Positions 1 to 9,957 of a stretch of 64,000 bases of DNA are shown piece by piece; within the stretch, counting starts at the first letter, position 1; each line of letters begins with the position of its first letter. Source of the stretch: Nostoc sp. DedSLP01 (lineage in GTDB: Bacteria > Cyanobacteriota > Cyanobacteriia > Cyanobacteriales > Nostocaceae); contig JAVRCJ020000010.1 in assembly GCA_034530875.2 (NCBI GenBank), forward strand, positions 32,001 to 96,000. Reading direction: 5' to 3'. The notes below the pieces were generated by a model. The model saw only the letters and a list, made by a program, of their open reading frames with translations, had not been told where the DNA came from and did not search any database. The position numbers were made by a program, and so were the translations under genes.

Positions 1-2
1 TT

Positions 3-314
3 TCCGCCTCCCGTGACAAGACCCTCAAAGTCTGGAATCTGGCAGATGGCAAAGAACTCCTTACCCTCAATGGTCATACTTCCTGGGTAAATGCTGTCAC
101 CGTTTCCCCCAATGGGCAACAGGTGATTTCTGCCTCTTGGGACAACACCCTCAAAGTCTGGAATCTGGCAACAGGGGAGGTCATTGCCACCTTCACAGGG
201 GAAAGTTCCATTAATTGCTGTGCAGTTGCACCCGATCGCATGACAATTGTGGCAGGGGAACGATCGGGTAGGGTGCATTTTTTGCGCCTTGAAGGGATGA
301 GAGGTAATTCGTAG
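3..314 (+). CDS. WD40-repeat protein, C-terminal part (runs off the window start)
   Basis: Frame open from position 3: SASRDKTLKVWNL...GHTSWVNAV...SASWDNTLKVWNL, ending in GRVHFLRL. Confidence 0.9.
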   Translation, partial: SASRDKTLKVWNLADGKELLTLNGHTSWVNAVTVSPNGQQVISASWDNTLKVWNLATGEVIATFTGESSINCCAVAPDRMTIVAGERSGRVHFLRLEGMRGNS

Positions 315-348
315 TTCGTAATTCGTAATTGAGAAACTACACAATATA

Positions 349-924
349 TTACTGACAGAGGATTTCATTGACGTTAATGTTTACATCAGGGAAGGCTTTA
401 ATTGATAAACTTTGACTGCTAGCGAACTTTTGCATAAGCTGATATCCTGCGGCTGTTGGTTGTTGATAAACTTCCACAATTTCTTCGTTAATATTTACTA
501 ACCAAACTTCAATTATGTTTGCTTGTGCATATAAAGGGATTTTCTCTTCCCGGTCATACTCGATAGTTGAATCAGCTACTTCAATTAATAAAAAAATATC
601 CTGGGGTTGGGGGTGTGCAGTGGCGTAAAAATCATCACGGGGTTTGAGTAATGCTACATCTGGCTGAGGTTGTGAGTTATCGTTCAGTTTCACAGGGTCT
701 TGAATAGCAATGAGAACTCTATCCCGTAACTTCTGAGACAAGAGTTTATTTAACCGTTTCACACAAGCAGCGTGTTTTGTTCCAATAGGCGACATATCAA
801 TAATCTCTCCCCGAATCAGTTCCACTCGCTCATCTTCTGTGAGAATCCCCGACTCAACCATCTTATGATATTGCTCAACTGTGAATTTCCGTCTTAGCAA
901 TTGTACAGTCACGATCGCCTCCAC
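349..924 (-). CDS. Uma2-family (DUF820) putative endonuclease
   Basis: RRKFTVEQYHKM, ELIRGEII-MSP-G--H, PQPDVALL, LLIEVADST, K-PLYA motifs. Confidence 0.9.
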   Translation of the reverse strand: MEAIVTVQLLRRKFTVEQYHKMVESGILTEDERVELIRGEIIDMSPIGTKHAACVKRLNKLLSQKLRDRVLIAIQDPVKLNDNSQPQPDVALLKPRDDFYATAHPQPQDIFLLIEVADSTIEYDREEKIPLYAQANIIEVWLVNINEEIVEVYQQPTAAGYQLMQKFASSQSLSIKAFPDVNINVNEILCQ

Positions 925-957
925 TGTTGCCTTATCTTTTAATTATTCCTCAGAATT

Positions 958-2136
958 ATGAACTCACCACCCAAACCACCCACTGCAATCAATTCCAGAG
1001 GACATCCCACAGATTTTGAGCAAATTATTCAAGCCAAAAGCCTAAACTTTGTCGATCGCAAATTTGTCTTCACGGCTATTAACAACTTTCTCCACCGCCA
1101 TCGCCACGGTTACTTCACTATCATTGGCGCACCCGGTAGCGGTAAAAGTGCAATTCTCGCCAAATATGTGACAAACAATCCTCAAGTTATTTATTACAAT
1201 GCCGAACTTGAGGGTAAAAATCGTGCTGACGAATTTCTCATAAATATCTGCACGCAACTCATTAATCAATACTCGCTTAATTACACCTCTCTCCCTAATA
1301 ACGCCACAGAAGGAAGTTGGTTTTTCTCTAGTCTTCTCCAGCAAATCAGCGATGAGTTAGAACCTCATCAAAAACTAATAATTGCCATTGATGGGTTGAA
1401 TTGCATTGACCGCAACAGCCAACCATCTGGTACAAATCTGTTTTATCTCCCCCGCTATCTCCCGGATAAGGTCTATTTCCTCGTCACTCGTAGACCTTTC
1501 TTGCGGGACAAGTCGGGTTTATTAATTGAAACGCCGTCGCAAAGTCTTGATTTAGCAGATTATCCAGAAGAAAATCGGCGGGATATTCAAGCTTATATTC
1601 AAAATTACCTAACTCCTCAAGAGATCCCCCCAACCCCCCTTGAAAAGGGGGGCAATATTTCGCCATTGTTAAGGGAAGGTAGGGGGGATCTTAAATCTTG
1701 GTTGAGTCATCACCAGATTAATGAGGAAGAATTTAGCGATCGCCTCACCACTTTGAGCGAAAATAATTTTATGTATGTTAGCCAGATTGTAGGTGCGATC
1801 TTAGAAAATTTCTACCCGGAATCTTTGGAGTGCGATCGACTCCCGCCTGGTTTAGAAGCATATTATCACCAGCATTTACACAAAATGTTTCCACCCGAAG
1901 AAGGGACGGAACACAGCACAGATGTGTTAAATGTCTTAATACAGCAAGAAAAAGCAATATCTGTAGATGCTATTGCTAATATAATCAATACAGATGAATA
2001 CGAAGTTGAAGAAGTTATAGAAAATTGGCTTGAATTTTTACACCAAGAACAAATTGACGGAGCAATCTATTATAGTCTTTATCATTCCAGCTTCCGTCAC
2101 TGGTTAGGTACACAACAAATACAATCTTCTTATTGA
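958..2136 (+). CDS. STAND/NACHT-like P-loop ATP-binding protein
   Basis: FVDR pre-motif, Walker A GAPGSGKS, Walker B IIAIDGL, C-terminal YSLYHSSF winged-helix-like motif. Confidence 0.8.
   Translation: MNSPPKPPTAINSRGHPTDFEQIIQAKSLNFVDRKFVFTAINNFLHRHRHGYFTIIGAPGSGKSAILAKYVTNNPQVIYYNAELEGKNRADEFLINICTQLINQYSLNYTSLPNNATEGSWFFSSLLQQISDELEPHQKLIIAIDGLNCIDRNSQPSGTNLFYLPRYLPDKVYFLVTRRPFLRDKSGLLIETPSQSLDLADYPEENRRDIQAYIQNYLTPQEIPPTPLEKGGNISPLLREGRGDLKSWLSHHQINEEEFSDRLTTLSENNFMYVSQIVGAILENFYPESLECDRLPPGLEAYYHQHLHKMFPPEEGTEHSTDVLNVLIQQEKAISVDAIANIINTDEYEVEEVIENWLEFLHQEQIDGAIYYSLYHSSFRHWLGTQQIQSSY
1622..1691. repeat. GC-rich palindromic repeat inserted in frame in the ATPase gene
   Basis: AGATCCCCCC...GGGGGGATCT terminal inverted repeat with internal CCCCCCTT-GAA-AAGGGGGG hairpin; encodes IPPTPLEKGG...GRGDL. 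Confidence 0.75.
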
Positions 2137-3005
2137 CTATTGATTAATTCCTGCAATTCTTTTCGTAAAGATAAAGGCTCATAACCCAAAGAAAATGCTT
2201 TAGAACTATCCAAAGAAACATCTGCTGGTCTAGGTGCTGCCATTTTCACATCTTGTTGCCGACAGGCTTTGATTCTAGTAGCTGATAGTTCAAATACTTC
2301 TGCTAATAGCAGACCAAAATCATATCGGGACAATCGCTCTTTTCCACCCAAATGAATAATACCATTGACTTTTTCTAAGGCTAATAAAAGTCCTTTTGCC
2401 GCACTTGTGCCACTTACTGGTGTGCGGAATTCGTCAATAAATAAATTGAGTTCTTTGCCGTCTTTTAAAGTTTGAATAAATGGTTGAATAAAGCTTTTTG
2501 CTGTGGGTGTTTCTGCGCCAAACATTAAAGGCATTCGACACACTGCGGTCATGGGATATCGCTCTAACATACCTGCTTCAGCTATGGCTTTTTGTTCGCC
2601 GTAAATGCTTACAGGGCAGACCGAATCTGTTTCGCGATAAGGAGCATTTAAACCATCAAAAACTAAATCGGTTGATGTCAAAGCGCAAGGAATAGAATTA
2701 TCAGCACAAAGTCCGGCAAGATTACATGATGCAGTAACATTAATTGCGTGTGATTCTTCGGGGTGGGTTTGGCAAAAGTTTGGTTGTGAATGAGCAGCTG
2801 TATGAATAACCGCTGCTGGTTTGATAGTATTAAATATCTGCTGTAATTCTTGAAAGTCTGTTAAATTAACTTTTAATATTTTAATGCCAGGAATTTCTAT
2901 AGGATGCGATAAATAAGTGCCATAAATTTCCCAGTCTTGTTTTGCAAGTTGACAAAGATGCCATCCTAAAAAACCACTGACACCAGTAATTAATAATTTT
3001 TTCAT
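2130..3005 (-). CDS. RmlD-like NAD(P)-dependent SDR oxidoreductase (dTDP-4-dehydrorhamnose reductase family)
   Basis: LLITGVSGFLG, STDLVFDG, YGEQK (YxxxK), PRPADVSLD. Confidence 0.88.
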   Translation of the reverse strand: MKKLLITGVSGFLGWHLCQLAKQDWEIYGTYLSHPIEIPGIKILKVNLTDFQELQQIFNTIKPAAVIHTAAHSQPNFCQTHPEESHAINVTASCNLAGLCADNSIPCALTSTDLVFDGLNAPYRETDSVCPVSIYGEQKAIAEAGMLERYPMTAVCRMPLMFGAETPTAKSFIQPFIQTLKDGKELNLFIDEFRTPVSGTSAAKGLLLALEKVNGIIHLGGKERLSRYDFGLLLAEVFELSATRIKACRQQDVKMAAPRPADVSLDSSKAFSLGYEPLSLRKELQELINSQ

Positions 3006-3030
3006 GTTCCATTGAATGAGGTTATGCTAC

Positions 3031-3594
3031 CTATGGGAACCACCAAAACCTGTTGCTTTGGAACTGAAACCGCCCATACCCAAGAAATTGACCGTGGGAA
3101 TTTTCACCCACTGGAAATGCTGTCACGCCAAGTAAGTAAACACCAGAAAAACTGGGATTCTTTACAGGACGGAGGGCAATTGTAACTGTTTGTCCTGGAG
3201 TCACAGGAGGGTCAAAGTTCACGGTAATTGTGCGTGTTTTGCGTTCTCTGGTGACTGGGCCTAGCGATAATTGCGCTTCTTTGCGATCGCGCGTTCCCAC
3301 AAAAGCACGAGTATCATCAAGATCGTACCGGATATTCTCCGATCCTTCACGTTGAGCAATGGTTACCTTCCCAAGAGATTCTCCAGCATTTTCCGGCAGA
3401 TTGATAGTGAAATAGTAAGTTGCGCCCCAAACATTTACATCTTTATAAGTAGTTGTCGCCTCAACCAGTCTCGGTGGTTGCACAAAATAGACTAGACCAT
3501 CCCTAAGTTGCACGGCTTGAGCCACTGGAACAGTAATTTCTGCAACACCAATTGCTAACGAAAGCGTTATGCCAAATAAACTTGCAGCACGCAT
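3031..3594 (-). CDS. DUF2808-family exported protein
   Basis: Signal-peptide-like N-terminus; FDPPVTPGQTVTI, NP--SGVY, FLGYGR motifs. Confidence 0.75.
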   Translation of the reverse strand: MRAASLFGITLSLAIGVAEITVPVAQAVQLRDGLVYFVQPPRLVEATTTYKDVNVWGATYYFTINLPENAGESLGKVTIAQREGSENIRYDLDDTRAFVGTRDRKEAQLSLGPVTRERKTRTITVNFDPPVTPGQTVTIALRPVKNPSFSGVYLLGVTAFPVGENSHGQFLGYGRFQFQSNRFWWFP

Positions 3595-3627
3595 GGCCGA
3601 ATATAAATTATTTAAATAAAAGTATTC

Positions 3628-4065
3628 TCACTTCAATTCTAATTCTTTCGGAATCAGCGACTTAGGAATGATAGAAACTTGCTTTTCCGAATCAGAAGGT
3701 TGAGTGTACCACCAAGCCCAAGCAATTAAAACTGCTTGAAAAGGAAGCCTGAATACGTGTACCCAAGGTGAATTTGGTATATATTCCAGCTTAATATGAT
3801 TAACCGCCATATTAATATTCGCGGGAAAAACAGCAATGAAAAGAGCAATAAGTCCCCAAGCCGCAGCTTGACTTACAGGCGGGACTAATAACCCAATACC
3901 ACCTAAAATTTCATAAAAACCACTCAGATAAACTAATTCCAAAGGATAAGGAAGCTGTGGTGGCATAATTTTCACATAAGGTTCTGGAATCAAAAAATGT
4001 GTGATTCCAACGAAAATAATTGCTATAGAAAGGATGACACGTAAACGTTCCTTATGCTGATTCAT
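3628..4065 (-). CDS. DoxX-family membrane protein
   Basis: G--HF, SG--EILGGIGLL, AVFPANINMA, RLPFQ motifs; four hydrophobic segments. Confidence 0.85.
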   Translation of the reverse strand: MNQHKERLRVILSIAIIFVGITHFLIPEPYVKIMPPQLPYPLELVYLSGFYEILGGIGLLVPPVSQAAAWGLIALFIAVFPANINMAVNHIKLEYIPNSPWVHVFRLPFQAVLIAWAWWYTQPSDSEKQVSIIPKSLIPKELELK

Positions 4066-4248
4066 CAGTTTTGCCTCATTATATACTTACCGCTATAACC
4101 TCAGTGTGACCGACAAATGCCCAATCCGCCTTGAGTCCATAGGATGAAAATGTTATTAGTCATTGGTCATTAGTCATTAGTCATTGATTATTTCTTGGTT
4201 ATTTCTGCCTCATTTCCCCATTCCCTACTCCCTACTCCCTATAAAAAT

Positions 4249-6417
4249 ATGACCAATGCCTTTAACCGACTCGCACCCTTCATCCAAGAATACATTTACC
4301 ATCACCAATGGACTGAATTACGACCAGTCCAAATTGCCGCTTGTCAAGTCATATTTGACACCGATGCTCACTTACTAGTCGCTGCTGCAACCGCTGCCGG
4401 TAAAACAGAAGCAGCCTTTCTCCCAGTTTTGACTGTATTACACAACTACCCTTCTTCTACCATAGGTGCGTTATATATTAGTCCCATCAAAGCATTAATT
4501 AACGACCAATTTGAGCGCCTCAACGACTTACTTAAAGAAGCAGATATTCCAGTTTGGCATTGGCACGGCGATGTTTCTCAAACTCGAAAAAACAAACTTT
4601 TAAAAAATCCTCAAGGCATTTTACAAATTACACCAGAATCTTTAGAAAGTTTATTAATTAATAAAAATAACGAGCTACTTCGGTTATTTGGTGATTTAAG
4701 GTTTGTGATTATCGATGAAATTCACGCCTTTATGGGTTCAGAACGCGGTTGCCAAATTATTTGCCAATTACAACGTTTAGCAAAAGCCACACAAAAACAA
4801 CAGCGTCGTATTGGTTTATCCGCAACTCTCGGCGATTATTCCTTAGCTGAAGAGTGGTTGCGTTCTGGAACTGATAAGGAAGTAATTACTCCTAAAATAG
4901 ATGGAATCAAGCGTCAAATCAAACTAGCTGTAGAACATTTTTATATTAATGATGAAGTTGATGAATCAGAGGCAACAGCTTACGAACAATATATTTTTAA
5001 TCTCAGCAATTCTCGTAAATGTCTCATCTTTGCAAATAATCGCACCCGCACCGAATCTATAATTGCATCATTGCGAAAAATTGCCACAGAACAAAAATTA
5101 CCAGATATATATCACGTGCATCACGGGAGTATAGCTACTAGTTTGCGGCAAGCAGCTGAAAATGCCATGCGCGAACCGAATAATCCTGCTGTGACTGCTG
5201 CAACTCTGACTCTGGAATTAGGCATAGATATCGGTCATTTAGAGCGAGTGATTCAGTTAGATTCACCCTTGTCTGTAGCTAGTTTTTTACAGCGTTTGGG
5301 GCGCAGTGGTAGAAGAGGTGAAGCTGCTGATATGCGCTTTATTTGCACTGAAGAACAGCCATTATCAGAAGCTTCTTTACCAGAGCAAATTCCCTGGCAA
5401 CTTTTACAATGTATCGCTATTATCCAACTTTATGTAGAGGAAAAGTGGATTGAACCAATTCAACCGATTAAATATCCTTTGAGTTTGCTTTATCACCAAA
5501 CCATGAGTATTCTAACAGCAACGGGGGAAATTTCACCTAATGCTTTAGCTAAACAAATTTTTAGTTTGCCGCCTTTTGCTGCGATTTCCCAAGAAGATTT
5601 TCGGCTATTGCTACGTTATTTAATTGATATTGGTCATATTCAACAGACTGAACAAGGTAAATTAATCCTGGGTTTGGCAGGAGAAAAGGTGGTAAGGAGA
5701 TTTCAGTTTTATGCTGTGTTTGCTGAGCAAAAAGAATATATTGTGAAGCATGGTACAACGGAAATTGGTAGTATTGCTGCGCCGGTTCCTGTTGGGAATC
5801 AATTTGGTTTAGCTGGGAGAACTTGGGAAGTTGTAGAAGTTGACTTTAAAAAAAGAGCTATTGTTGTGAAACAAGCTGAGGGTAAAGCTAGTGTTTATTG
5901 GCGCGGTGGTGGTGGGACAATTCATACAAAAGTTTTACAACGAATGCGGCAAGTTTTATTTGAGGATGTGGAGTATAGCTATTTGCAAAAGAATGCTTTG
6001 CAAAGATTACAGACGGTTCGTAAATTCCTGCGGCGGGTGGCATTAGAGAAGCAGAATATTTTGGAATTGGAAAAAGGTAAATGTTGTATTTTTCCTTGGA
6101 TGGGTACTCTTGGTTACCGAACTTTGGAAAGATTGCTTAATTCTTTCTGTTGGGAATCGTTGGAAATTAAAAGTATTGGTGGGATAAGTCCTTATTATTT
6201 GACAGTTAAATTAGGTAAGGGGAAATTTGAATATCTTTCTCGTGAAATTGCTTCGTTATGCGAGCAAAGAATTAGTGCAGAAGATTTAGTTAGTAATTCA
6301 GAAGCGCCGGAAATTCAAAAGTATGATGAATTTATTCCTCATCCACTTTTACGAAAGGCTTTTATTAATGATTATTTAGATATGGAAGAACTGCGGCAAG
6401 AAGTGGCAAAGTGGTAA
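4249..6417 (+). CDS. Lhr-like SF2 DEAD/DEAH-box helicase
   Basis: Q-motif LRPVQ, AATAAGKT, DEIH, GLSAT, HHGS, ATLTLELGIDIG, QRLGRSGR; ATG at 4249 preferred over TTG at 4195. Confidence 0.92.
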   Translation: MTNAFNRLAPFIQEYIYHHQWTELRPVQIAACQVIFDTDAHLLVAAATAAGKTEAAFLPVLTVLHNYPSSTIGALYISPIKALINDQFERLNDLLKEADIPVWHWHGDVSQTRKNKLLKNPQGILQITPESLESLLINKNNELLRLFGDLRFVIIDEIHAFMGSERGCQIICQLQRLAKATQKQQRRIGLSATLGDYSLAEEWLRSGTDKEVITPKIDGIKRQIKLAVEHFYINDEVDESEATAYEQYIFNLSNSRKCLIFANNRTRTESIIASLRKIATEQKLPDIYHVHHGSIATSLRQAAENAMREPNNPAVTAATLTLELGIDIGHLERVIQLDSPLSVASFLQRLGRSGRRGEAADMRFICTEEQPLSEASLPEQIPWQLLQCIAIIQLYVEEKWIEPIQPIKYPLSLLYHQTMSILTATGEISPNALAKQIFSLPPFAAISQEDFRLLLRYLIDIGHIQQTEQGKLILGLAGEKVVRRFQFYAVFAEQKEYIVKHGTTEIGSIAAPVPVGNQFGLAGRTWEVVEVDFKKRAIVVKQAEGKASVYWRGGGGTIHTKVLQRMRQVLFEDVEYSYLQKNALQRLQTVRKFLRRVALEKQNILELEKGKCCIFPWMGTLGYRTLERLLNSFCWESLEIKSIGGISPYYLTVKLGKGKFEYLSREIASLCEQRISAEDLVSNSEAPEIQKYDEFIPHPLLRKAFINDYLDMEELRQEVAKW

Positions 6418-6470
6418 TCGTATTGTTAGATAATTCTGAATTCAAAAGTCAGAAATCTGTTGAGAAGTTC

Positions 6471-6926
6471 TCACGGATGGGGTGGTATAAAACTAGTTGG
6501 GTTCACAGGTGTGACTTCAGAAGCATAGCGGTTAAAGTCCCTAACGTTGAAAGTTAAGATATGGGTTAGTCTGTTGACTAACATTGAGGCTACAAGCCTA
6601 GCATCGTGGACATTTACCCCCACTACCCCATACTGTAAAATTAATCGCTTCCACTCTGGATAAATCTCAGGTACATCTGGCAGTACCAAGAAGAAACTTT
6701 CTAAACGCTCCAGTTCCGTCCTAGCTTCAGCTATGGTTAAGCCTAAGCCGTTCCTTTGGCTAGGTCGTGTTGCACTTCGCCAAAACTCTATGAGGTTTTG
6801 TGAGGTAATAAAAAGCTCTGACTCTGCGACTCGTAAAGTTGAGATTGCATTCAGTGTATCTGCATACATTGGGTGGTGTGGCTGTACGCTTAGTAACAAT
6901 AAGTTGGTATCGACAAGATAAGTCAC
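6471..6926 (-). CDS. vapC: PIN-domain (VapC-like) toxin
   Basis: YLVDTN, QNLIEFW, VHDARLVA, ILTFN--DF; GTG start immediately follows the upstream TAA. Confidence 0.85.
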   Translation of the reverse strand: MTYLVDTNLLLLSVQPHHPMYADTLNAISTLRVAESELFITSQNLIEFWRSATRPSQRNGLGLTIAEARTELERLESFFLVLPDVPEIYPEWKRLILQYGVVGVNVHDARLVASMLVNRLTHILTFNVRDFNRYASEVTPVNPTSFIPPHP

Positions 6927-7256
6927 TTAAATATCTTCGGACTCCTCATCATCGTATATTCCCGCCCGACTTAAAGCATACTCAGATAGTAAGGGCGTAT
7001 CTCGCCTATGGCTCTCTGCCCATTCCCGAAAAGCTGTTATCCACTCAAGAGCCGTCGCAGTTTTGTAAAATGGTTGCTCCTGTTTTGATTTCATCAACTG
7101 CTCAAGCAATGCATCCAAATGTGGCTTAACCACTTCAACAGGGAGCTTAGTTACGTTTGCTAACACCTGTACAACGCCTTCTAACTCTTCTGTGTTAGCG
7201 TCTGGGGGTAATGGTAGTATTTGATTGTTATTGTTGATCGCGCTATCAGTTTCCAC
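6927..7256 (-). CDS. Putative antitoxin of the PIN toxin
   Basis: Small acidic protein directly upstream of the PIN gene; EW---FREWAESH, LSEYALSR--IY motif. Confidence 0.7.
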   Translation of the reverse strand: METDSAINNNNQILPLPPDANTEELEGVVQVLANVTKLPVEVVKPHLDALLEQLMKSKQEQPFYKTATALEWITAFREWAESHRRDTPLLSEYALSRAGIYDDEESEDI

Positions 7257-7477
7257 AAATAATGCTGAAATTACTTCCTAGTTTAATTATCATGGTTTTA
7301 AGCTCCACAGGCAAAACCAGAGAAACGGAATTATTGGGGTAGCTGCTTGCTAGCAGGAATGATGATTAAAGGGAAGCCGAAAAAGTCTTCGCCTGGGCAA
7401 ATGAGTTTACCTTGGGACATGTTGATTAATTCGTGAAAAAATAGGCTGTAATTAATATTTACAAATTTCTGAAAGCC

Positions 7478-8749
7478 TTAAATATTACACTTTACAAGTC
7501 TCGATGCGAGAGAAGAGAATAAACGAAAACGAACGAACGAACCAAAAAGGAAACGACGGCGACGACAACCAACGAACGCATTGAATTCCGAAGAACCGTA
7601 GGTGTCCCTAAACTTTTCCCAAGCTTCTTTGTCATATTTACCATCAAGTTTACCACCAACACTTAGGTAAATTTCCTTTTGAACGCTGAAGCCAAAACGC
7701 CCGTTGCTATATTTTACCCACAAGCGATCAATTGTGCGGAGGTCTTTGCAAGGAAAGTTCAAGAATTCTTTCTCTCTAATCCAATCATGTTCTTTACGAC
7801 CTACAGCTTGAAGCATCACTAAGTAAGTTTCATTATCAGCTTCTTTCCAATATCCTACTGCTAGGTAGTCTCGTAGTTTTCTGTAATCTACCCCTACTTC
7901 TGAACTCAAATCATCGGATATAGTTTGGTCAAGTAATAAATATAACCATCCTTGTATAGATTTTGGACGTTCATTTGCTTCTAACCTCATTCCCTCAATA
8001 ATTGCAAAATTTAATTGTTCGCTAATATTTGGATTGTGTTGCTTTGGTTCTATTAAATCAGCTTGATGATATTTGCGATCCCAGGAACTTGTAGGATATT
8101 CACCTGTAACTATATAGTAAAGTGTTGCCGCTAAACCGTAAATATCTACTGCTATATCTTTACTACCCATCATCTGCTCATAAGGAGCAAAGTTTTTATT
8201 ACCAAAACTTCTAGAAAAAGAAGTTGCTGGGGCAATATCTCCTGCTAAACCAAAGTCTATTAAAATTGGTAGGTTACCGCTTCGCAACATGATATTGCCG
8301 GGGTGAATATCACGATGCACTATTAAATTTTGATGCATCGCTGTTAGTGCATCTCCAATTTGGCAAATGTATTTTATAGCTTCTGCTTCTGGTAGTGGTG
8401 TTATTAATTCACCTTCAATTAAATCAATTAAATTTTTACCAGCAATAAATTCCATTACTAAGCATGGTGTATTGCTGTCGCCTTCTTCAAAATAATCAAT
8501 TACCCGCACAATGTTTGGGTGAGGTTCTTGGCAAAGTTGACCTAATAATTCAGCTTCTTGGATAAATTTCTCTACATAGCGGGGATATTGTTTATCTCTT
8601 TTGAGGCGCATATTAGGCGTTTTAATGACAACTGGTAGGTTAATTCGGCTGTGTATAGCTTTATAGGTAATGCCGAAAGCACCTTGTCCTAATTCGTCTT
8701 CAATGATGTATTTACCATTTTGTAGTTGATGACCTTTATTCCAGTACAT
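7478..8749 (-). CDS. Ser/Thr protein kinase with C-terminal GUN4-like domain
   Basis: LGQGAFGITY, VVIK, HRDIHPGN, DFG, APYE; GUN4 motifs DYRKLRDYL, W-EAD-ET, FPC-DL-TIDRLW, GRFGFSVQK. Confidence 0.92.
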   Translation of the reverse strand: MYWNKGHQLQNGKYIIEDELGQGAFGITYKAIHSRINLPVVIKTPNMRLKRDKQYPRYVEKFIQEAELLGQLCQEPHPNIVRVIDYFEEGDSNTPCLVMEFIAGKNLIDLIEGELITPLPEAEAIKYICQIGDALTAMHQNLIVHRDIHPGNIMLRSGNLPILIDFGLAGDIAPATSFSRSFGNKNFAPYEQMMGSKDIAVDIYGLAATLYYIVTGEYPTSSWDRKYHQADLIEPKQHNPNISEQLNFAIIEGMRLEANERPKSIQGWLYLLLDQTISDDLSSEVGVDYRKLRDYLAVGYWKEADNETYLVMLQAVGRKEHDWIREKEFLNFPCKDLRTIDRLWVKYSNGRFGFSVQKEIYLSVGGKLDGKYDKEAWEKFRDTYGSSEFNAFVGCRRRRFLFGSFVRFRLFSSLASRLVKCNI

Positions 8750-8820
8750 ATTTTTATTAGTTAGAAGTTTTTTATCTCACGCAGAGGCGCAGAGGTGCAG
8801 GAAAAAGAGAGATATAGGAG

Positions 8821-9843
8821 TTAATTTGGTGGTTTTGTTGGGGGTAGTGTTGGTGTTAATTTTTCTGTGGGTGAAGGCGATGGTTTGATGAAGATTTCTC
8901 GAATATCTTGTTGGAAAATTCCTGTGAATATTGCTATGACTGCAAGAATTAAACCTATTATTGTAAGCCATAATTCGTAATTAATTCTTCTTGATTCTGG
9001 TTCATTTGTATTGATAACAAGTATCGATTTTAATCCGAGTGAATCTAGCCAAGCTTGAATCGATTGGGGGCGTTTTTTGGGGTCTAAATCCATTGCCCAA
9101 AGAATATTACGATTGATGTTATCGCTAATTTGAGGATTTAAGTCTTTTGGTTCTGGTAATGGAGTATGATTTTGCAGGCGTTCTTTGGCGCTGGTTGGTA
9201 CTTGTCCTGTCAATAAGTTGTAAAGTGTGGCTGCAAGTGAATAAACGTCGGTATATGCCCCTAGTTCAATTGTGTGTGAATATAGTTCAGGTGGCGTAAA
9301 ACCTGCTTCGGCTTCTGTTTCTAAGTTGCTGACACTCAGTTTTTTACTGTCGATTCCCCGTGCTAGCCCAAAGTCAATTAACACAGCTTCTTTTGAACCA
9401 GCCCTAATCATAATGTTGGCTGGCTTGACATCTCTATGCACCAGGTTATTTTGATGTACTACCGTTAACGCTTCGCCGATTTGTTGGATGTATTGCAGGG
9501 CGTCTGCTTCTGGCAAAATATTCTGTGGGCGATGGGCTAAATCGATTCCGGCGATGTACTCCATTGCTATGCACCACAAATCCTCCTCCTGAAACGGATC
9601 TTCTAAGAGGCGCACAATATGGGGATGTTTGCATTTAGCTAGTTTGAAGGCTTCTTGGACAAATCTTTCTTGCAACCTTTTGAAGTCTGCTTGGTTCAAT
9701 AATCGATCGTCCAGGGTTTTGACGACAATGCGATCGCCTTTTTCATCTTTGGCGAGATAAGTAATGCCAAAACGTCCCCGCCCTAATACACTTTCGAGGG
9801 TATATTTACCCCCTTGCAACTGCTTTGGAACTGCCCAAACCAT
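8821..9843 (-). CDS. Ser/Thr protein kinase with C-terminal transmembrane helix
   Basis: LGRGRFGITY, HRDVKPAN, DFG, TDVYSLAAT; hydrophobic LWLTIIGLILAVIAIF; Pro/Thr-rich tail. Confidence 0.92.
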   Translation of the reverse strand: MVWAVPKQLQGGKYTLESVLGRGRFGITYLAKDEKGDRIVVKTLDDRLLNQADFKRLQERFVQEAFKLAKCKHPHIVRLLEDPFQEEDLWCIAMEYIAGIDLAHRPQNILPEADALQYIQQIGEALTVVHQNNLVHRDVKPANIMIRAGSKEAVLIDFGLARGIDSKKLSVSNLETEAEAGFTPPELYSHTIELGAYTDVYSLAATLYNLLTGQVPTSAKERLQNHTPLPEPKDLNPQISDNINRNILWAMDLDPKKRPQSIQAWLDSLGLKSILVINTNEPESRRINYELWLTIIGLILAVIAIFTGIFQQDIREIFIKPSPSPTEKLTPTLPPTKPPN

Positions 9844-9957
9844 CAGCTATGACTGTGAGACACTTGTGTTAATTTTGGCATATAGCAAGGGACTGGGGAC
9901 TGGGGATTGGGGACTAGGTAAAGTGACTAAAGCCTCTTTGACTCCTGAATTCTGAAT

